Below, in pieces: positions 1 to 8,736 of a DNA stretch of 64,000 nt. Below the pieces are notes generated by a model. It saw only the letters and a list, made by a program, of their open reading frames with translations, did not search any database and was not told the DNA's origin. Origin of the DNA: Candidatus Bathyarchaeia archaeon (GTDB taxonomy: Archaea; Thermoproteota; Bathyarchaeia; Bathyarchaeales; Bathycorpusculaceae); assembly GCA_038883855.1 (NCBI GenBank), contig JAVZLH010000001.1, positions 128,001 through 192,000 of the forward strand. The letters are read 5' to 3'. Each line of letters starts with the position of its first letter. The stretch's first letter is position 1. A program made the position numbers and the translations under genes.

Positions 1-706
1 CCAAAACCAGTTCTGCTTCTGCAGGGGCATAGGCGTTTACATGTTCGCACGCGATTAGGCGGAGACCGCCGTCCATCAAAGTGTTTGCCACCTCAAACTC
101 GTTAACTCCAAAAGGAAGTGGTGAAGAGGCTACTAGCATAACTGCTGGATGTACACCAATGGAGATGGAAACATCCAAGTCTTTGCCTGCTTCCTTCGCC
201 ATGGACCATAATTTATAAAGGTGTCGTGGAACCAAGCGAATTGCTAAATGCTTCCTGTCCAAAAGTTGGAGGCGATGCACAGACACGTTTTCAATGGCGC
301 CGTCAAGGCTTCTGCCGTACACAACTGCTGAGGTTATGTATGGAGCAGCATCTCTTTCAAAATGGTGAAGGATTGGAATTTCTGACAAATCATTTTTAAC
401 AACTTCCTTAACCGGGCCGTCGCTTGCGATTTTTGGTTTTTTCGGTGAACGCCACGCCTCGATTAGCCTCTTATAGATTTCCTCTTCTTTGACTTTAAGC
501 GCCGCGCAAATCCTTTTACGAGTTCCACACACATTAGCAACAACTTTTGTCTTGTAGCCTTCAACGTTTTCAAACATGAGGATTGGGCCGTTGCTGTCGA
601 AGTTTTTCATAATGTAGGCCGCTTCAAACTGCGGGCTAACTTTATCCTTTATGTGTAGAATCTCCTCCTTTTCCTCCATCACTTTAAGAAATTCTCTTAG
701 GCTCAT
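1..706 (-). CDS. ubiD: UbiD-family (prFMN-dependent) decarboxylase, N-terminal part, runs off window start; possibly anhydromevalonate phosphate decarboxylase
   Basis: Manual translation of the - strand from ATG at 706: MSLREFLKVMEEKEEILHIKDKVSPQFEAAYIMKNFDSNGPILMFENVEGYKTKVVANVCGTR..., with later PILHHFERDAAPYITSAVV and ENVSVHRLQLL, a typical UbiD N-terminus. ATGA overlap with the upstream gene. Not in the ORF track because it is truncated. Confidence 0.85.
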   Translation of the reverse strand, partial: MSLREFLKVMEEKEEILHIKDKVSPQFEAAYIMKNFDSNGPILMFENVEGYKTKVVANVCGTRKRICAALKVKEEEIYKRLIEAWRSPKKPKIASDGPVKEVVKNDLSEIPILHHFERDAAPYITSAVVYGRSLDGAIENVSVHRLQLLDRKHLAIRLVPRHLYKLWSMAKEAGKDLDVSISIGVHPAVMLVASSPLPFGVNEFEVANTLMDGGLRLIACEHVNAYAPAEAELVL

Positions 707-1074
707 GTTGCTGTTCCCTCTTTTTCCGCCTCTGCGTGGACAACTTTTTCGATGAGTTTCATAAAAACTGATTGCGCCTGCATCTCGCTGACTTTTTCTA
801 AGTAGATTGATACTAGGGCTATTTTCCCCTTTCTTGACGCGATGTATTCAGCGAACATTCTGGCGGAAATCGCGTTTCTGTCGCCTAAGAGAACAGAAGA
901 TGATGGAAGGCCAAGCATGTCTTTGGGTTTTGGAACAGCTATTGCCAATGTTCCAAGCTTGTCTTCTCTCTCGCTTAAAAGGATTAGGCAAGCATTGCTT
1001 GTTTCCATGTAAACTGCCAGAAAATTTGTGTCTAACTCCACCATTTCGCCCTTAACGATTTTTGCTCGCTCCAT
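703..1074 (-). CDS. Proteasome assembly chaperone 4 (PAC4/PSMG4)-like protein
   Basis: LGTLAIAVP...PSSSVLLGD..AISARMFAEYIASRKGKIALVSIYL resembles the PSMG4 core (L.NLAVAM...PVSTSLLGD....S..LA.RLA.KT.KQVFVSYNL); similar size. Confidence 0.65.
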   Translation of the reverse strand: MERAKIVKGEMVELDTNFLAVYMETSNACLILLSEREDKLGTLAIAVPKPKDMLGLPSSSVLLGDRNAISARMFAEYIASRKGKIALVSIYLEKVSEMQAQSVFMKLIEKVVHAEAEKEGTAT

Positions 1075-1142
1075 CGCTTTTCTCCACTCCTTATATAGCC
1101 TACATATTCACTATTTATTGTTTTCAAAGGATGATGCCACGT

Positions 1143-1811
1143 ATGACCGAGAACAGAGCTGAAAAAATCTTGGAGATTTTGAGAAAAACCTTTACAATGC
1201 CAAGATGGATAACGTCGACGAAAGACGCGTTTAAAACGTTGATTGTCACGGTGATTTCCCAGAACACCAACGACAGAAACACCGCTAGAGCCTTCGAAAA
1301 ACTTTCGAAACAGGTTGAGATTACGCCCGAAGCCTTAGCGAACGCAGAGACAAGTCAAATCGAAGAATGCTTAAAAGTGGCTGGTTTATACAGAAACAAA
1401 GCCAAAACAATAAAGCAGCTTTCAAAAATAATCCTTGAAAAATTCAACGGCAACCTAAACACCATCTTGTCATTACCGCTTTCTAAAGCAAGAGAGGAGC
1501 TTCTTCAACTTCCCGGAGTTGGACCTAAAACCGCCGACGTTCTGCTGCTCTTTTACTCGGAAAAACCCACAATTCCCGTGGACACTCACGTCAACCGCGT
1601 GGCAAAACGCTTGGGTTTGGCGCCTCCGGATGGAGGTTACGAGCTGGTTCGCGGTTCTCTTGAATCGCTTTATAAATCTAAAGATTACTTGGCGGTTCAT
1701 ATACTGCTGATTTTGCTTGGCAGAAGATATTGTAAGGCGAGAAACCCATTATGCGAGGAGTGTCCTGTGAACACCCTTTGCCCGTCTAAACTAATGAGGA
1801 ACAAGGAATAA
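1143..1811 (+). CDS. nth: Endonuclease III (HhH-GPD DNA glycosylase, 4Fe-4S)
   Basis: ISQNTND, HhH LPGVGPKTAD, PVDTHVNRV, C-terminal CKARNPLCEECPVNTLCP cluster motif. Confidence 0.95.
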   Translation: MTENRAEKILEILRKTFTMPRWITSTKDAFKTLIVTVISQNTNDRNTARAFEKLSKQVEITPEALANAETSQIEECLKVAGLYRNKAKTIKQLSKIILEKFNGNLNTILSLPLSKAREELLQLPGVGPKTADVLLLFYSEKPTIPVDTHVNRVAKRLGLAPPDGGYELVRGSLESLYKSKDYLAVHILLILLGRRYCKARNPLCEECPVNTLCPSKLMRNKE

Positions 1812-1828
1812 TTCTCGTATGCAATGTT

Positions 1829-3136
1829 TTACTTGATAGTTGTGGGCTCTAAATTTTCTTCTTCGGCGAAAATCGGTATTTCCTTCATGTTCTTGTCAAG
1901 TTTAACTTTTCCAAAAGCAATTGTTGAAACGTTCTCAGAGACAGGTGTATAAATTTTAAGAGTTTTTCTAGCGAAGTCAACTTCATGTAAAATGCCTATT
2001 CCTAGAAACTTTCTTTTTTGATCATACAAAGCTGTAAGTAATCCTGCCTCCTCGCCTTTCCGAATGACGACAGCTTTCTTTTTGGTGAATTCCTCAATCT
2101 TTTTGATGTTGTCTTCGTTAACCCAGCGACCTCTCCCAACAACTATGCAAATTCTATCTGGTAACTCAGCAAAGTGTAATGGTTTCATTTCCAAAAGTTC
2201 GTAGACTTTTCTTGCATATCTAGCATTTCCTGAAGCTCTATCTAAACCAAGCAGCCAATCGTCCTCTATTTTCAGCCAGTTTATGGGAAAAGACTGCACT
2301 TTTGCATTTTTCAAGTATTTTATATATCCAAGCTCCCTCAGGCTTTTGCGTTTTTCCCTGTCCCTCTGCCTAATAGCTATGGGAGAATCAACAACAACCT
2401 TTCTGAACTTTTCAAGAGCATCTAACAGAGGTGTTAACTCGTCTTTTTGTTGGATGTAGAAAACAATATCGGGGTTAAGCTCTTCAACAAGCTTAACTTT
2501 GTAGCTTACCGCTTCTTCTCCCTCAACCCAACCATCAGTGTTTATAACGATGAACTCAGGGTTGTCTTCAATAATTTCCCTTTTTAATGCTACTAGTCCA
2601 TCAACCACTTTGGTTAGCGCTGCACTTGGAGATGTTACACCAACAAAGAAGGCATTTTTAAGTTCCAAATTAAACAGGTCAGTTACTGGCTTTGCGACAA
2701 AGGTATATGCAACTGTGCACGGTGGTCCTATATCGGATTGACCTAAATCCCCATCTAAAACCACAACTTTCCGTTTTTCCCTCAGTAAATTGTTTACTAG
2801 ATATGTGCAGAAACTAGTTTTTCCAGAGTCAACAGTCCCTAAAACCATTGCGACGGCTGGTCTTGCGTCAACCTTCGCGAGTTCTTCATAAGCGTTGTTC
2901 CATGAAGGAGGAATAGTGTTTCCATCAACCTCTTCAACGCTTGCGTTTTCTCCCAGCAAAATCTGAAAACTCGCCTTTTCTGTTACCATAAATGGTAGTC
3001 TTTTACCCTCTCTTATCACAACTTTGCTTGCACTTCCAAGAACTGAGCCGAAAACCTCAGCCTTACCGGATACGACTGTGACAGAAGCTGGGCCATCAAC
3101 CAGCAGTGTTTTGCCATTTTCAACTGTTCGATTCAT
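1829..3136 (-). CDS. Clp1/Grc3/Nol9-family polynucleotide 5'-hydroxyl kinase
   Basis: Walker A GTVDSGKTS, DGDLGQS, INTDGW; N-terminal beta-sandwich (LLVDGPASVTVVSGKAEVFG) as in Clp1/Nol9. Confidence 0.9.
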   Translation of the reverse strand: MNRTVENGKTLLVDGPASVTVVSGKAEVFGSVLGSASKVVIREGKRLPFMVTEKASFQILLGENASVEEVDGNTIPPSWNNAYEELAKVDARPAVAMVLGTVDSGKTSFCTYLVNNLLREKRKVVVLDGDLGQSDIGPPCTVAYTFVAKPVTDLFNLELKNAFFVGVTSPSAALTKVVDGLVALKREIIEDNPEFIVINTDGWVEGEEAVSYKVKLVEELNPDIVFYIQQKDELTPLLDALEKFRKVVVDSPIAIRQRDREKRKSLRELGYIKYLKNAKVQSFPINWLKIEDDWLLGLDRASGNARYARKVYELLEMKPLHFAELPDRICIVVGRGRWVNEDNIKKIEEFTKKKAVVIRKGEEAGLLTALYDQKRKFLGIGILHEVDFARKTLKIYTPVSENVSTIAFGKVKLDKNMKEIPIFAEEENLEPTTIK

Positions 3137-3773
3137 TCCTCTTCCCCCTCGGAAACATATGTCCGCTTCTTCCAGCTATCTTCATGGCAGACACAATATC
3201 CCTAACTCCCCTTCTATGCTTGTTGTCGCTTAGATAACGGTTTGTCCCCGCTTCACTTACACTTTCCAAAACAACATGCGGCGGCAAAGTCTCATCTAAA
3301 GCCTCTAAAAGCTTCTCCTTGTATGCGCGGACTCCATCGCCAACCTTTATAGAAACCGAAGTTGTCGGCGTCCTTTCAATGTTCTTCAGAAGGTCCTTAA
3401 TTTTTTCTAATGTTTCCTCCACGCTGAAACAGTTTTCTGTTTTTATAACTTTTCCATCAGCCAAAACAGCCAGACCGAAGACTTCGCCGGGATCTACACC
3501 TATAACTATTTTTTCGTAAGCTTCCCTCCCTTCAATGATTTGGACTGCTTGATTTACTATGGCTTCTGGCTCGGTGTTTTCTTGAAAAACTAGAATTTTT
3601 TCATGGTTTATCTGGTTTTTCTCCTTTTCCGTGGTTATAACCACCTTTATTTCTACCGGGATTGGTTCTTTCGGGATTAGACTTAAAAATGGTATGCTTC
3701 GCTTTTTCAACTCATTAACGATTAAATAGTATGCTTTCCCTGAAACCGTTGCCACCGCAATCTTCGCTTTCAT
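3120..3773 (-). CDS. RNase H-fold (YqgF/RuvX-like) putative nuclease with an N-terminal extra domain
   Basis: IVIGVDPG..FGLAV, IKVGDG, VSEAGT, DIVSAMKIA mirror the YqgF-type acidic residue layout; overlaps the kinase start. Confidence 0.6.
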   Translation of the reverse strand: MKAKIAVATVSGKAYYLIVNELKKRSIPFLSLIPKEPIPVEIKVVITTEKEKNQINHEKILVFQENTEPEAIVNQAVQIIEGREAYEKIVIGVDPGEVFGLAVLADGKVIKTENCFSVEETLEKIKDLLKNIERTPTTSVSIKVGDGVRAYKEKLLEALDETLPPHVVLESVSEAGTNRYLSDNKHRRGVRDIVSAMKIAGRSGHMFPRGKRNESNS

Positions 3774-3845
3774 ACAGCCTTTCCTATTTTTGGTTTTAAA
3801 CGCAAGACAAATTATTAGTTTCGCAACTTATATTCGTTGATGTGA

Positions 3846-4562
3846 ATGGAATTGCCGCTAGCCATCCCAACAGGTTGTAAATCCATCGACAAAGCCTTGG
3901 GCGGGGGCATACCGCTAGAAACTATTAGCTTAATTTATGGAGAGGCTGAAACTGGAAAGACTGCTCTAAGCATGCGATGTGCTGTGAATTGTGCAGAGAT
4001 TGGCTACAAAACACTTTTTGTTGATTGCGACGCCACATTCTCTGTGCAAAGGCTTTCTCAAATTACATCTGGAAAACTCAATAAAATTGCAGAATACATA
4101 ATTTTAATGAAGCCAAGCAACTTCCATGAACAGGGAATAGTGATAGATCATATGGCGGATTACATAACAAAAAACTTTGGGCTCGTGGTTTTTGATACAA
4201 TTACATCCCTTTATCGTGTTGAGGTTTCAGAAAATCCTAAAAACACATTTAGGCTAAACCGCGAACTGAACAGGCAAGTAGCGGCTTTAGCGCAAATTGC
4301 GAAGACGCACAAAATCGCAGTTTTGATGACAAGTCAGGTTCGAAATGTTTTTAATGATTCTGTTTATGTAGGAGTCGAGCCTGTTGGGACGAGAGTTTTA
4401 AAATTCTGGTCTGATGTGATAATTGCCATGAAACCTACTCAAAACTCCAAAATAATTGAGGCAGTAGTAGAGAAAGCTCCAAAAGAAGCCAAAAAGAAAA
4501 GCAAACCCATATGTTACTTAAAAATAGATGAAAATGGAGTACATGAGCATACCTTTCATTGA
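3846..4562 (+). CDS. radB: DNA repair/recombination protein RadB
   Basis: IPTGCKSIDKALGGG, GEAETGKT, VVFDTITSLYR, MTSQVR; RecA core only. Confidence 0.85.
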   Translation: MELPLAIPTGCKSIDKALGGGIPLETISLIYGEAETGKTALSMRCAVNCAEIGYKTLFVDCDATFSVQRLSQITSGKLNKIAEYIILMKPSNFHEQGIVIDHMADYITKNFGLVVFDTITSLYRVEVSENPKNTFRLNRELNRQVAALAQIAKTHKIAVLMTSQVRNVFNDSVYVGVEPVGTRVLKFWSDVIIAMKPTQNSKIIEAVVEKAPKEAKKKSKPICYLKIDENGVHEHTFH

Positions 4563-4578
4563 CTGTGAGGGCGTTTAT

Positions 4579-5079
4579 ATGCAACTAATCATTGAGGCTT
4601 TGCTATTTATATTCCCCGCTTATTGTGCAAACGCCTTACCCGTAATAACTGGCGGAGGCCTTCCGTTAGACTTTGGAAAACGTTTTATCGATGGAAGACC
4701 AATTTTTGGAAAAAACAAAACTTTTCGAGGTTTCTTTTCAGCACTGGCTGTTGGAACAGTTGTCGGTTTTGCAGAAAACGCCTTTTTCAATTATCCCAAG
4801 AATGTTCAAGGTTTTCAATTTGGTTTTCTATTGTCGTTTGGAGCTTTACTAGGCGACTTAATAGGTGCGTTTATTAAACGGAGACTTGGACTTGCACCTG
4901 GAGAACCATTGCCGATCATTGACCAAATCGACTTCATAGTAGGTGCTCTTTTGTTCGCACATTCTCTAGGAGTAGTTACTTGGGAGCTTACAGTTATTGT
5001 TCTAATAATAACTCCACCAATTCATTTGTTGACAAATTTTGCAGCCTATAAAATGGGTCTAAAAAATACGCCGTGGTAA
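4579..5079 (+). CDS. carS: CDP-archaeol synthase
   Basis: PAYCANALP, PLDFGK.F.DGRPIFGKNKTFRG, GDLIGAFIKRRLG, DQIDF, H...N...Y..GLK..PW. Confidence 0.95.
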   Translation: MQLIIEALLFIFPAYCANALPVITGGGLPLDFGKRFIDGRPIFGKNKTFRGFFSALAVGTVVGFAENAFFNYPKNVQGFQFGFLLSFGALLGDLIGAFIKRRLGLAPGEPLPIIDQIDFIVGALLFAHSLGVVTWELTVIVLIITPPIHLLTNFAAYKMGLKNTPW

Positions 5080-5083
5080 GATT

Positions 5084-5506
5084 TTATCCGTAATATAGTT
5101 TTGACTTTATAAGGTATTCTAGGGCGATGTAGGCTATCAAAAGAAGCGATATTCCCGCTAGAAACATCATGTAAGCTTGTCTTGGCTTGTAAGCGTATTT
5201 GGTGCTCTGATAAATAGATATTAAACCAATAACGCCGAGTGCGTAGAGAACCGGTACAACAATGTTTTCGGTTCCAAACTGCTCAGACAGCCCTGGATAA
5301 AGAAAGATAAAGCGTCCACCGTAATATACGGCTGGAAAAGGCTTCATTATTAAAGTGTAGAGGCCGCCTCCCAATAGGAAAACGGCGAAGGCAACAACGA
5401 TTACTGAAAGAGTTAACGTTGAGGGTTTTACTGTTGAAATGCGCTTGTATAACCTATTCATGGAATAAGGCAGTGAAGAAATTATTTTCTTAACTTTCAG
5501 AGGCAT
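5084..5506 (-). CDS. OST3/OST6/OSTC(DC2)-like oligosaccharyltransferase accessory membrane subunit
   Basis: Three TM segments with FLLGGGLY.LI..P, loop ending L.EQF.TE, LYALGVIG, C-terminal K.KL..G; resembles eukaryotic OSTC/DC2. Confidence 0.65.
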   Translation of the reverse strand: MPLKVKKIISSLPYSMNRLYKRISTVKPSTLTLSVIVVAFAVFLLGGGLYTLIMKPFPAVYYGGRFIFLYPGLSEQFGTENIVVPVLYALGVIGLISIYQSTKYAYKPRQAYMMFLAGISLLLIAYIALEYLIKSKLYYG

Positions 5507-5723
5507 CTTGGTTTTCTCCGGTTTTTGTTAGGTATTCCGCCACCTCTTTAGCCCATTCGCCTGTTAATGGATTTTTAACAATCTCCCTTAAATACTCTCC
5601 CCAAGAAATTTCTAAAGCCTTTTTCCAAACTGCATACTTTTTCTTGATGCTTTCGTAAGCCTTCATATGTAACTCGCAAAAGCCTTTATCAACTGCCTTT
5701 CTGCTGCAGATTTGGCATTTCAA
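5490..5723 (-). CDS. Small Zn-finger protein (CxxC...CxxH)
   Basis: MKCQICSR...GFCELH; overlaps the topA 3' end and the OST3-like start. Confidence 0.75.
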   Translation of the reverse strand: MKCQICSRKAVDKGFCELHMKAYESIKKKYAVWKKALEISWGEYLREIVKNPLTGEWAKEVAEYLTKTGENQDASES

Positions 5724-7800
5724 TTCTTTTCATCCTCTCCTCTTTTATTGGACATTTTGGGTTGAAACAGAGGTTCCATGGGCGCCTTCCTTTAATCTTA
5801 ACCTGAACCGTTGGCCAACCGCATCCGCGGCAGTTTTTACCAAGAGGTCGTACAGTGCCCTTCTGAGGTAGGGGGAATGAGGCTGAACACAATTTTTTGA
5901 AGTAGTTTGTGCAGCCGATAAATCGTTTGCCTGTTTTCCTCGAATAGAGTACCATGAGTTTTCCCGAGTTGCAGATTGGGCAAACGCCTATTGTTCTTTC
6001 TTCTAGTCTGGCTCTTTTTATGGCGTTGCTTAGTTGTTCGCCGATCACTTCCTCTTTTTCCTTCAACTTCTCTACTGCTGGTTTAAGGATTTCAACAGCG
6101 TCCACTAGAATGTTTTCTCTTTTCTCGTTGTTTAATTGAATCTTGTTCATTTTCTCTTCAAGTTCTTTTGTCAACTTGACGGAAACAACCGTCGGGCAAT
6201 ACTGTTTTAGAACTTCCATAACCTCAAAACCTAAGTCTGTGACAACCATCCTCTCGTCGCGGATATACTTTCTATCATACAAGGTCTGTATGATTTCTGC
6301 CCTTGTGGCTTTGGTTCCAATTTCCTCTTCTTCCATCCTCTTTAGGAGGCTGCCGGGGTTATATCGGGGAGGTGGTTTAGTGAACTTATCCTCTAGAATA
6401 ACTTTCTTAATAATGACCTCTTGTCCTTCCTTTATTTGCGGCAAAAGAACTTCCTCCGACCTCACGTGAGGTCCATAGAAACGCATCCACCCTTCCTTTA
6501 AGATTTGTCTTCCTCTCAAGTAGAAGTGGTGTCCGTTGACGTTAATGTGAACTTTCATGCTCTGTCTAATTGCTGGTTCTTCAAAAACCGCCATAAACCT
6601 CCTTACCACAAGATCCCATAGGTTTCTCTCTTGGTCGCTTAGAATTCTTTCTGGAAGATTCCCTGTTGGATAAATGGCTGGGTGGGCTGGGTCCTCTTTC
6701 TTTCCCTCTTTTGGTTTCAGTTCTGGTTTTGCGAGAAGTTCTGCTGCCAGCTTCTTGTATTCAGGGGCTTTGCCTAGGTTTTTCAGTATCTCCTCATAGT
6801 TTATTGTCGGCGGAAGTTTTTGGCTGCTTGTCCTCGGGTAGGAGATTAAAGCGTCTAGATAGAGGCGTTGGGCTATGTCCGAGGTTCGCATTGGCGTATA
6901 GCCAAATAGGCTGTAGGCTTCGCTTTGTAAAGTTCCCAAATCGAAGGGTGTCGGCGGCAGCTGCTGGAACTGTTTAACTTCAATTTTCTCTACTTCCCCA
7001 TTTTTCCCTTTACACTCACTTAATATCATGTTTGCTTCTCTTTTAGTTTCAATAACTTCCTTTTCATATTCAGCCTCGAAGGTTTTCCCGTCGATTTCGA
7101 TTTCAGCCTTAATCTCCCAGTATGGTGTGGGCACAAAACTTCTGATGGCTTTTTCTCTGGCTATGAGAAATCTTAAGGTTGGTCCCTGCACTCTTCCAGT
7201 GCTTAATGTAGCATATTTTCCGCTCCAATCCCTTGCGGCTATGGTTAAAGCTCGCGAGAGGTTTACTCCGTAAAGCCAATCCACTTCGTGTCTTGTCCGC
7301 CCAGCCTCTATTAACGCGAAATCAAGGTGGGGTAGCAGCTCATTATAAGATTTTTCCAGCTCCTCTTTGGTTAATGTTGAATACTTCATCCTCTTTGAGA
7401 CGCTTTCCTTGTTTCCACAAGCATACTTTAGTATACAGTATCCGATGATGCTTCCCTCTGTGTCATAGTCGCATGCGTCAATAAACATGTCCGCGTCTTT
7501 TGCCAGTTTAGAAATGGTCTCAAGCCATGTGCGGATTTGTTTTGCGCCTCTCTCGGCAAGGTATCTTGGCACCCACTTGAAGTTAAAGACCGGGTAATAG
7601 TTTCTTTCGCTTCTTTCTCCAGTGACAGTATATAAGTGGCCTATGGCTGGGACGACAACTATATCTCTGTCCCTTTTAGCCACATAGTAGGGCACACCGT
7701 TTTCTTCTTTTTTGCTTGTTTTCCCCTTCGCGTCAAGGGCTGAAGCTATTCTCTGCGCTGCATCTGGCTTTTCAGTTATGATGAGCGTATATTTTTCCAT
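5689..7800 (-). CDS. topA: DNA topoisomerase type IA
   Basis: TOPRIM ITEKP, DACDYDTEG, STGRVQGPTL, catalytic ISYPRT, GTKATRA, C-terminal Zn ribbons. Confidence 0.97.
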   Translation of the reverse strand: MEKYTLIITEKPDAAQRIASALDAKGKTSKKEENGVPYYVAKRDRDIVVVPAIGHLYTVTGERSERNYYPVFNFKWVPRYLAERGAKQIRTWLETISKLAKDADMFIDACDYDTEGSIIGYCILKYACGNKESVSKRMKYSTLTKEELEKSYNELLPHLDFALIEAGRTRHEVDWLYGVNLSRALTIAARDWSGKYATLSTGRVQGPTLRFLIAREKAIRSFVPTPYWEIKAEIEIDGKTFEAEYEKEVIETKREANMILSECKGKNGEVEKIEVKQFQQLPPTPFDLGTLQSEAYSLFGYTPMRTSDIAQRLYLDALISYPRTSSQKLPPTINYEEILKNLGKAPEYKKLAAELLAKPELKPKEGKKEDPAHPAIYPTGNLPERILSDQERNLWDLVVRRFMAVFEEPAIRQSMKVHINVNGHHFYLRGRQILKEGWMRFYGPHVRSEEVLLPQIKEGQEVIIKKVILEDKFTKPPPRYNPGSLLKRMEEEEIGTKATRAEIIQTLYDRKYIRDERMVVTDLGFEVMEVLKQYCPTVVSVKLTKELEEKMNKIQLNNEKRENILVDAVEILKPAVEKLKEKEEVIGEQLSNAIKRARLEERTIGVCPICNSGKLMVLYSRKTGKRFIGCTNYFKKLCSASFPLPQKGTVRPLGKNCRGCGWPTVQVKIKGRRPWNLCFNPKCPIKEERMKRIEMPNLQQKGS

Positions 7801-7941
7801 ACTTGCACAAACCACGTTAATGGGCGTTGAAGCGGCTGGTTTCCAGATTAAGCGTTATAGAGGAAATTAAAAGTTTCTATGCCAAACACCGGAGTTAAAG
7901 CTCTTAAGCAGAGGAATCTTCTAACAAAAATGATTAAGGGT

Positions 7942-8670
7942 TTATTCAAATCCTTCCACAAAGGCTCTAACGTTTTTGCCCAAAACCTTATGGTTGTAGC
8001 CTCCCTCTAGAACAGCGTACCTCCTTCCGCCGCAAACTCTCTCTGCAAAATCCTTTATAACTTGAGCTGTTTTGAAGTAATCACTAGTGCTTAGGACGCC
8101 GCCCCAATCCTGTTCATGACGGTCAAAACCAGCGGAAACAACTACAATATCACATTTAGGAATCGAACTCAAGAACTTCTCCAAATCATTAAAGAAGTTT
8201 TCTCTGCTTCCGTCTGCGATATGATGGTATAAAACCTTTGGAGAGTTTGCGAAGATGTTTGCTGTTCCATCTCCATAATGAAGGTCTATATCCAAAATAA
8301 CAGCCTTTGCAATTAACCCCTTCCTAAGCAATCTCTCAACAGAGACGGCAACATTGTTGAAGTAGCAAAACCCCCAGCAACTGTTTGGGCTGGCGTGATG
8401 TCCAGGCGGCCTTACAACCCCAAAGGCTGGTTCACCTTTCATGGCGCCTCCCACAGCCAGCAAAGCAACTTCATAAACTATGGGCGTGTTATTGATATGT
8501 TCTATGTGGCTTTTTCCATGAACAAGCGCCACATCATCATCCGTCGCCATTTCGGGTTCAACAACATCGAAGCCGCTTAACTCTTTCATGATGGATTCCA
8601 TTCGCCCCGGTGCAGCAGCTGGCTCGGATGAGTATACTCTGCAATAGTTTTTGTGAAAGACTATCTTCAT
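7942..8670 (-). CDS. Histone deacetylase/AcuC/APH-family deacetylase
   Basis: RPPGHHA, GFCYFNN, LDIDLHYGDGT, SAGFD, LEGGY. Confidence 0.92.
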   Translation of the reverse strand: MKIVFHKNYCRVYSSEPAAAPGRMESIMKELSGFDVVEPEMATDDDVALVHGKSHIEHINNTPIVYEVALLAVGGAMKGEPAFGVVRPPGHHASPNSCWGFCYFNNVAVSVERLLRKGLIAKAVILDIDLHYGDGTANIFANSPKVLYHHIADGSRENFFNDLEKFLSSIPKCDIVVVSAGFDRHEQDWGGVLSTSDYFKTAQVIKDFAERVCGGRRYAVLEGGYNHKVLGKNVRAFVEGFE

Positions 8671-8736
8671 CCGAGTCTCCTCCATCTATTTAAAAATACG
8701 CTTCATTCCTCTTTTAAATGCGTTGGCAAATGTTTT

